Shown: piece by piece, positions 25,484 through 31,258 of the stretch
How the letters are laid out: every line of letters starts with the position of its first letter
Position numbering within the stretch: position 1 is the first letter of the stretch
Virus record (IMG/VR): IMGVR_UViG_2718217862_000002
Length of the DNA stretch: 31,258 bases
Direction: 5' to 3' (one strand)
Source of the DNA: a virus
Taxonomy: Duplodnaviria; Heunggongvirae; Uroviricota; Caudoviricetes
Translations under genes and position numbers: made by a program
Notes under the pieces: model-generated
Told to the model about the DNA's origin: nothing
What the model saw: the letters and a program-made list of their open reading frames with translations, nothing else
Databases searched by the model: none

Positions 25484-27760
25484 TTATTGTTTAATTGAAA
25501 AAACCGACCACTCATTAGCGACCGGATACGTGAATTTTTTCCCGTCATAATTTACGGTTGCCCCACGCGCCAGCGCCTCAAGCTCCCATCGCTGCGGCCT
25601 GATACCGTTCTGAGCAAGGTCAACGCGGATACGGGTAATTTGCATTCGTTCCGACCGGGTCAGTCTGGCCGATGGTGCCATTTCATGCGGTTTTAACGGG
25701 CTTCCGTTTCTTTGCTGGCGATTTGGTGTTCTCAGGCCATGTTTTAATGCACCTCTGAGCGCCCTCACGACCTCCGGGTCATTCCATTCGATGACACCGT
25801 CATCAACCAGATTAAGCACTGCTGCGGCGTGCTCAGAAGGTGTGGGAGCTGGTAACGAAGTATCACCACCGGTGAGCTTTCCACAGTTATTGACAGGACT
25901 CCGAGGCGCGGCGATGCCGCTTTTTAAAGTCAAAGGCTCAACGACCGGAACTTTCGGCACAATGCGCCAGTCCGTCGTTCTGGTGATATGAATATGACGC
26001 GCGCCGAGATGCGGCGCGTAAATGCCGACCACTCTCTCGACTTCTTCCTCGTATTCGTTAACGTCATCCGACGGGCTACGGGCGACCCTGACAGTCTGAC
26101 AATCGCGCGGGACATTTGCCCCGCCCTGCGCGCTGATATACAACGCAAAATCGCCACTGTCTGCGGCGGCGCGTGCAGCCTCCACGCGTTCGTCAAATTC
26201 ATCAGCAATGCTGACGCCGCGAGGCAATTTACGTAGCTCACGGTAAGCTCCCATTGTCGGCAGGCCAACCGTTTTAAATTGCGGGATGCGCCACGTTGAC
26301 GCCCATGCGGTAACAGCCGCCGCAGTATCTTTCAGCGGTCTGCCGGTATCGTTATCGAGCTGACCATCCAGTGCATAGCCGTCGATATTTTTTGAAATGT
26401 ATTTCGCGATATATCCCGCAGCACCGCCCCGGTTAAGGTGTTTTGCCTGAAAACGGTTTCGCGCGGCTCCTCTTTCGTCGCCATCCTCTTTGAGCGCATA
26501 GCGGCGCATGATTTCGATAATCTGGTTACGCTGGCGTGGATTACAAAAAAGCATCATATGCCAGTGCGGCGTTCCGTCGTGGTGTGGCTCGACGACTCGC
26601 AAACCGTAGACCTGTAAATCATTATCCTTGAATGCCGTGCGCATCAGGCTCCAGATACGGCAGAGATAACGCTGCGCATCCTTTGGATTAAATGCCTCAT
26701 CATTCCAGCCGTGATTAAGCTGGACGGTTTTATTTTCGCCTTTTCCAACCTGACGTGTCGGGTGATACTTTGACGGCGCGGTCAGCGTGATAAACATCCC
26801 CACATCACCCTCTGAGGCGGCGTAACGCTCAATACCGGCAATGGTGTTCATCAGCTCCATCCGGCGAATTTCAGGATTAGAAATACTGCCCATCACCTTA
26901 CTGATAAGGTCGATGCGCTCGCCGGTTTCCCTGTTTTCAAGATCACACGATTTAAGAAATTCCAGATTTGCCTGGCGGCGCGCACGCACATCACGAATGG
27001 CATGTTTACTGGCATAAGGTGAACGGTCTTTATTGACCTCCCCGACAGCTATCAGTAACGCCTCATGCCAGCGCATACGCTGGCCTTTAAGCTGATGAGT
27101 CCACCACTCATCGTTAAACAGACGGGCAATGGCAGAATATGCCTGCCTCGTGGTCATCTGCCCTTTACGGTATTTGTTCCAGTAGAGAGGGGAAATATTG
27201 AAAGCACGTGCAGCGCCAGCAACATGACCATAGAGGTGAGCCTGCGCCTCATCCGTAAACAGCGATTCTTTTTCGCCATGTGCATCCACCCAGGCATCGC
27301 TGAGTTCCTCATACATCATGAAAAGCTGCGATGAGATACGGGCAGCAAACTTTTTCAGCTCCTTGTCATTCATTCCCGGCAGGCGCGCATAGTGGTCACG
27401 CTCTGCCAGAAACAGTAACGACGCGTCGGTGTTCATTTCATGGCGCTGATTCACACGCTCAATGCGCGGCCATAAACGACGCTGAAAAGTGGATGTGAGG
27501 AAATAAAACCCGTGCACCGGGCTTTTATTGCGCCGGATGTAGTCATAGCGTGAAGTAAACAGCGAGCGCAAAAAGTAAGGCAGGCGGTTAATCGTGGATA
27601 AAACACCTTGCACCTGACGCATCTCGTCACGTGTAAGAGGTCTTTCGCGCCCGACAGCCTCGCGTGGCGCGTTCCATGCATAAGCACCGGTAAACGCCTT
27701 ACCGGTGCCTGCGGCAAATGCTGACGGAGGGACAAAACGCCCGGAGGCTTTAACGGCCAT
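25484..27760 (-). CDS. A: Replication initiation protein gpA (rolling-circle endonuclease), about 758 aa
   Basis: Size and position match P2 gpA; first ATG at 27760 (MAVKASGRF...); the ORF-track start at 27802 is a TTG that would overlap orf83 by about 50 nt. Confidence 0.85.
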   Translation of the reverse strand: MAVKASGRFVPPSAFAAGTGKAFTGAYAWNAPREAVGRERPLTRDEMRQVQGVLSTINRLPYFLRSLFTSRYDYIRRNKSPVHGFYFLTSTFQRRLWPRIERVNQRHEMNTDASLLFLAERDHYARLPGMNDKELKKFAARISSQLFMMYEELSDAWVDAHGEKESLFTDEAQAHLYGHVAGAARAFNISPLYWNKYRKGQMTTRQAYSAIARLFNDEWWTHQLKGQRMRWHEALLIAVGEVNKDRSPYASKHAIRDVRARRQANLEFLKSCDLENRETGERIDLISKVMGSISNPEIRRMELMNTIAGIERYAASEGDVGMFITLTAPSKYHPTRQVGKGENKTVQLNHGWNDEAFNPKDAQRYLCRIWSLMRTAFKDNDLQVYGLRVVEPHHDGTPHWHMMLFCNPRQRNQIIEIMRRYALKEDGDERGAARNRFQAKHLNRGGAAGYIAKYISKNIDGYALDGQLDNDTGRPLKDTAAAVTAWASTWRIPQFKTVGLPTMGAYRELRKLPRGVSIADEFDERVEAARAAADSGDFALYISAQGGANVPRDCQTVRVARSPSDDVNEYEEEVERVVGIYAPHLGARHIHITRTTDWRIVPKVPVVEPLTLKSGIAAPRSPVNNCGKLTGGDTSLPAPTPSEHAAAVLNLVDDGVIEWNDPEVVRALRGALKHGLRTPNRQQRNGSPLKPHEMAPSARLTRSERMQITRIRVDLAQNGIRPQRWELEALARGATVNYDGKKFTYPVANEWSVFSIKQ

Positions 27761-28025
27761 ATGAGCCAAAAGCCTCAGAACAACGCTTGCTGAGTTGCTC
27801 AACCTGCGCGTTTAAATCAGCAAAAGACTTTGCGCTTCCGGTCAGAATATCGTGATGCATCAGGCCGGAAACGAGCTGGCTTAATTTCGGGTAATAACCA
27901 ACCACCGCCAGCCATTCCTGACCGGCGTTTTTACCGCTTTCCGCTCTCTTTTTCTCGTGGAGAATAAACTGAAAGCTGTCACTGGTAACGACATAACGTT
28001 CGCCAATTTCAATACGAATACTCAT
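27750..28025 (-). CDS. Hypothetical protein (P2 orf83 position), 91 aa
   Basis: Synteny within the early operon between orf82 and A; start overlaps the orf82 stop. Confidence 0.55.
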   Translation of the reverse strand: MSIRIEIGERYVVTSDSFQFILHEKKRAESGKNAGQEWLAVVGYYPKLSQLVSGLMHHDILTGSAKSFADLNAQVEQLSKRCSEAFGSYGR

Positions 28026-28246
28026 GCCGTTCTCCGGTAATGTTTGTTTTTTGCTTCAAAGACTGACTGACAGGAAACACAACGCGTGGCTGACGGGTAA
28101 GCCGCACGACGGGCAGCAGGTATTGGCGCGTCACACTCTTCGCAAACCAGCGCAGAAGCACCGCAATGTTTTACCCTTGCCGCGTTAATCTGGCGCTCCA
28201 GTAATTCAGCCTGTTGTTCCTGAATAAAATCTACGTTGTCCGGCAT
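28022..28246 (-). CDS. DksA/TraR-family C4-type zinc-finger protein (P2 orf82 position), 74 aa
   Basis: Four Cys in CEECDAPIP ... CVSC arrangement typical of TraR/DksA C4 zinc fingers; synteny. Confidence 0.7.
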   Translation of the reverse strand: MPDNVDFIQEQQAELLERQINAARVKHCGASALVCEECDAPIPAARRAAYPSATRCVSCQSVFEAKNKHYRRTA

Positions 28247-28248
28247 TA

Positions 28249-28551
28249 TCAGCTCCTTTTATCGTTAAGTTGCCTGGATACATCAGCGCAATAACTGGCA
28301 AGTTCTGTCGTTAATTTTGTCAGTTCATCCACTGAGGAAATTTGCTTGTGGAATACAGCGCGTTTAACAAGTAAATTGACCACATCAGACAGGAGGTTTA
28401 ATTCATTCTGATAAATCGCGATAACAGATTCAGTTATGTCGCGTTTTTCTTTATCAAGGCAAAGTTGAATAAGAGACAAATCGCCATTTTTCATAACGGC
28501 GATTTTTAAGGCGTTATTCAGTAATACAACTGAATGAGAACAGGACATCAA
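28249..28551 (-). CDS. Hypothetical protein (P2 orf81 position), 100 aa
   Basis: Synteny; start overlaps the orf80 stop. Confidence 0.5.
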   Translation of the reverse strand: MMSCSHSVVLLNNALKIAVMKNGDLSLIQLCLDKEKRDITESVIAIYQNELNLLSDVVNLLVKRAVFHKQISSVDELTKLTTELASYCADVSRQLNDKRS

Positions 28552-28772
28552 AGCACCTCCCCGCGAGACAATCCGATATTGTGAAATTTTTCCGACTCCT
28601 GACTGAGCAGCTCGACTATCTCCACGCGGGATAACTCCGCCTTTGTGATATGGCGAATCATGGCGTCAAGATGAGAAGAAAAGCGTGTCGCTGCGTCGGC
28701 CTGTGCTTCGGCTCTGGCCTGTTGCAGCAGTAATGCGTATTTACCGCACTTGTTTTCAGAAACTGTATGCAT
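28548..28772 (-). CDS. Hypothetical protein (P2 orf80 position), 74 aa
   Basis: Synteny in the early operon. Confidence 0.5.
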   Translation of the reverse strand: MHTVSENKCGKYALLLQQARAEAQADAATRFSSHLDAMIRHITKAELSRVEIVELLSQESEKFHNIGLSRGEVL

Positions 28773-28835
28773 GACTTTCTCCAGGCAAAAAGAAGCCCCG
28801 CACGATTAAGTGCGTTAAAAACTCTGGTTAATTAT

Positions 28836-29336
28836 TTAATGCAGATATTGCTCTGGTTTTACCGACGTCAGAATTGTCGGTGCATACTCAAACAGGCTGA
28901 ATAATTCACGTAATGCACGGAATAAAGCATCACGCCAGTAACATGATTCTTCATTAATTCGCCAGTATGGCTGGTTGAATTCTTTTTCAGTCAATCCGGC
29001 ATGCATAAATAAAGTACGACGCTGACTGACTGTTAAAAAACTAATATATGCATACTCACTTGCGCCAACCTGACGGCGTTTTGAGAATGCCCCACGCAAT
29101 TCATCAATTGCACAAACCAGCCGTTCACGTTCGACGTCGTTCATTTCTTCAAAACGCATCGTTGCGTGACGCTGTTTTAACTGCGCATGGAAGCAAACCG
29201 TTAGCCGTTCGCGTTCCATCATCTGATTATAATAATCACATGTATCCTGCCAGCGAGGGACGGCAAGATGCTTGCCAATTATCCGGCGCATAGCTGCTGG
29301 CTGTTTTTCAACGAGATTGAGCGTCATCACTGTCAT
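28836..29336 (-). CDS. B: Replication protein gpB (helicase loader-like), 166 aa
   Basis: Size identical to P2 gpB; position between cox/orf78 and orf80. Confidence 0.85.
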   Translation of the reverse strand: MTVMTLNLVEKQPAAMRRIIGKHLAVPRWQDTCDYYNQMMERERLTVCFHAQLKQRHATMRFEEMNDVERERLVCAIDELRGAFSKRRQVGASEYAYISFLTVSQRRTLFMHAGLTEKEFNQPYWRINEESCYWRDALFRALRELFSLFEYAPTILTSVKPEQYLH

Positions 29337-29503
29337 TTCCAGACCCTCCGGCTTTTCAGAAAGGTCAGAGCCTTTTTTAACGGACTCTGTTTTTTGGTGC
29401 GGATAATGATTCCCTTGCGTCCCTTCCCGTGGGTGATGGTGAAGTCAATCGCCCTGTGGCTTTCGTTACGCAGTAACTGAGCAATACAACGCGGCTCATT
29501 CAT
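29333..29503 (-). CDS. Small hypothetical protein (P2 orf78 position); start uncertain
   Basis: Short ORF between cox and B; internal ATG (MNEPRC...) chosen to avoid overlap with cox; weak evidence. Confidence 0.35.
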   Translation of the reverse strand: MNEPRCIAQLLRNESHRAIDFTITHGKGRKGIIIRTKKQSPLKKALTFLKSRRVWK

Positions 29504-29505
29504 AA

Positions 29506-29778
29506 TCACAACCCCATCCACAAAAGCCATGCATCACGCTGTTCAACCGGTCGGTTATAAAACGCCTCACGTACAGCGCGATTAAACTCAGGAATGAAAA
29601 CCCATTTTTCACCGGCACGAGCCTTCGGTTTGCAAGGATCACGCAATTCAATAATTGGTAATTTATTTGCCTTCACCATTTCACTGACAGCTGTCTTTGG
29701 CTTCCCTAATAAATCAGCAAATTTATCCACATGAACCGCATCAAGCGGATACTGAATCACATAATTTTCAGCGTCCAT
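29506..29778 (-). CDS. cox: Cox (excisionase / early transcription regulator), about 90 aa
   Basis: C-terminal ...PVEQRDAWLLWMGL resembles the P2 Cox C-terminus; first gene of the early operon, divergent from C. Confidence 0.8.
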   Translation of the reverse strand: MDAENYVIQYPLDAVHVDKFADLLGKPKTAVSEMVKANKLPIIELRDPCKPKARAGEKWVFIPEFNRAVREAFYNRPVEQRDAWLLWMGL

Positions 29779-29855
29779 ATATGGTACCCTCATAGGATCC
29801 AGCCCTTTCTAAACCACTCAAAACCGTTTAGACGCTGGTTTATTCTCAAATCAAT

Positions 29856-29903
29856 GGAACCTATATAGGTTCCAGTTTTGAGGGAATTTAGTCCCTATAT
29901 AGG
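29856..29903. promoter_or_regulatory. Immunity-switch operator/promoter region: perfect 18-bp palindrome GGAACCTATATAGGTTCC (29856-29873) and second CCTATATAGG copy (29894-29903)
   Basis: Two copies of CCTATATAGG, 34 bp centre-to-centre, in the 136-bp cox-C intergenic region where Pe/Pc and repressor operators lie in P2-like phages; each contains a TATA-rich -10-like hexamer. Confidence 0.45.
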
Positions 29904-29914
29904 CACCATGTCAA

Positions 29915-30208
29915 ATGAAATTAAGCGAAAAGATTAAGGCCTTGCGTGAGGCGGAAGGGCTAAGCCAATCAAAATTCTGTGAAATCATAGAGTTACCGCT
30001 AAGCACACTTAAAAAATATGAAGGAGGAAACTTTGAACCCGGTGGCACAGCTTTGCTAAAAATCACTATGCATCCCACATTCCAAAAATATGCTCTATGG
30101 CTTATGACAGATAAAACCGCGCCGGACGCAGGACAAATCGCACCGGCTCTCGCGCACATTGGGCCAGAGTCAACAGAGTCCAACCACTCCGCGAAAAGGA
30201 TTGGCTAA
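29915..30208 (+). CDS. C: Immunity repressor C (HTH), 97 aa
   Basis: N-terminal helix-turn-helix region (LSQSKFCEIIELPLSTLKKYE) and C-terminal GQIAPALAHIG resembling P2 C (GQIAPALAHFG); located directly upstream of int. Confidence 0.85.
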   Translation: MKLSEKIKALREAEGLSQSKFCEIIELPLSTLKKYEGGNFEPGGTALLKITMHPTFQKYALWLMTDKTAPDAGQIAPALAHIGPESTESNHSAKRIG

Positions 30209-30277
30209 CTCTATATAAAGATTACATTTTCACCATTTGCTACCAAGATGGTGAATACAGCGCCGGAGGGCTTTCTT

Positions 30278-31258
30278 ATGGCAATTAAGAAGCTCGATGA
30301 TGGTCGCTATGAAGTGGACATTAGACCTCGCGGTCGCGACGGAAAACGCATCCGCAGGAAATTCGAAAGAAAAGCTGAAGCACTAGCATTTGAGCGATAC
30401 ACAATCGCCAATGCCAGTCAGAAAGAATGGGGAGGCCAGCGAGCAGACCGCCGGACTTTGAGTGAGTTGCTGGACATCTGGTGGAAATATCACGGGCAAA
30501 ACCACGAGCATGGAACAAAAGAGTTTAATCATCTACTCAAAACCATCAGCGGCATAGGTGATATACCAGTGAGCAGGATGAGCAAAAGGGCTTTGATGGA
30601 TTATCGTTCCATGCGACTACGTGATGGTATCAGTGCCGCAACGATAAACCGTGACATGTACCGATTATCCGGCATGTTCACAAAATTAATTCAATTGGAT
30701 GAATTTTCCGGGCAACACCCAATTCACGGACTGCCGCCACTGGCGGAGGCCAACCCTGAAATGACGTTCCTGGAAAAAGCAGAAATCGAAAAACTGTTAA
30801 ATGTTTTGGCTGGTGATGACTTACTTGTCGCGCTTTTATGTCTGAGCACTGGAGGAAGATGGACGGAAGTTGCCACGCTAAAACCAGCACAGATTACAAA
30901 TTGCAGGGTTACCTTCCTGAAAACCAAAAACGGTAAAAAGCGAACCGTGCCGATTTCTGAGGAACTGGAGAAAAAAGTTAAAGAGGAGGCCAGCGCCAAA
31001 TTATTCAAAGTTGATTATGAGAAATTTTGCGGGATTTTACGCAGAGTGAAACCTGATATACCACCCAATCAGGCAACCCACATCCTGCGGCATACATTCG
31101 CAAGCCATTTCATGATGAATGGGGGCAATATAATCGCACTGCAACAGATTCTGGGACATGCAAGCATTCAGCAGACGATGGCCTATGCGCACCTTGCGCC
31201 TGACTATCTGCAAAATGCCGTCGCTCTGAATCCACTAAAAGGCGGAGTGACGTTATAA
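30278..31258 (+). CDS. int: Tyrosine integrase, 326 aa
   Basis: MAIKKLDDGRYEVDIRPRGRDGKRIRRKF... recognised as P2 Int-like; C-terminal catalytic region (HILRHTFASHFMMNGGNIIALQQILGHASIQQTMAYAHL) carries the tyrosine-recombinase R/H-x-x-R/Y signature; GGAGGG RBS seven nt upstream of ATG 30278; stop codon is the last triplet of the window. Confidence 0.9.
   Translation: MAIKKLDDGRYEVDIRPRGRDGKRIRRKFERKAEALAFERYTIANASQKEWGGQRADRRTLSELLDIWWKYHGQNHEHGTKEFNHLLKTISGIGDIPVSRMSKRALMDYRSMRLRDGISAATINRDMYRLSGMFTKLIQLDEFSGQHPIHGLPPLAEANPEMTFLEKAEIEKLLNVLAGDDLLVALLCLSTGGRWTEVATLKPAQITNCRVTFLKTKNGKKRTVPISEELEKKVKEEASAKLFKVDYEKFCGILRRVKPDIPPNQATHILRHTFASHFMMNGGNIIALQQILGHASIQQTMAYAHLAPDYLQNAVALNPLKGGVTL

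Larger units (their letters stand above)
1104..31258. mobile_element. P2-family prophage, apparently near-complete; attL lies beyond the window end, attR somewhere in about 904-1139
   Basis: Complete P2 gene order with matching ORF sizes from ogr to int; P2-type cos sequence present; host gene fieF directly adjacent. Confidence 0.85.

Noticed and set aside
27761-27802. ORF-track start of gene A at 27802
   Set aside because: That start is a TTG and would overlap orf83 by about 50 nt; the first ATG at 27760 gives MAVKASGRF and a size close to P2 gpA, so I used 27760.
1-31258. CRISPR arrays, tRNA or rRNA genes, IS elements
   Set aside because: No direct-repeat/spacer arrays, no cloverleaf-like conserved tRNA segments and no transposase-like ORFs or terminal inverted repeats were seen; the only mobile element is the prophage itself.

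Overview
The window holds the complete fieF gene (minus strand, 1-903) followed by an essentially complete P2-family prophage that runs from about 1.1 kb to the window end. Gene order is that of a P2 prophage: ogr-D-U-T-E/E'-FII-FI-[tail-fibre region]-H-I-J-W-V-S-R-lysC/B/A-K-Y-X-L-M-N-O (all minus strand), then P-Q (plus), cos, a cargo island, A-orf83-orf82-orf81-orf80-B-orf78-cox (minus), and C-int (plus). Assignments rest on protein sequences I recognise from memory, ORF lengths that match P2 counterparts, and synteny; no database search was run. Two places depart from the P2 backbone. (1) A visibly AT-rich ~3.3 kb island between cos and gene A, where P2 carries tin/old, encodes a ParB/Srx-like protein, an overlapping protein of unknown function, and a convergent C5-cytosine methyltransferase with all canonical motifs. 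This is the best candidate for an undescribed restriction-modification-like or defence system. (2) The tail-fibre region between FI and H looks like a decayed Gin/Hin-type invertible host-range switch: an in-frame internally deleted invertase remnant, a hix/gix-like site, and an alternate fibre-tip cassette plus tail-fibre assembly gene on the opposite strand, while H has no assembly gene in cis. No rRNA, tRNA or CRISPR array was recognised.
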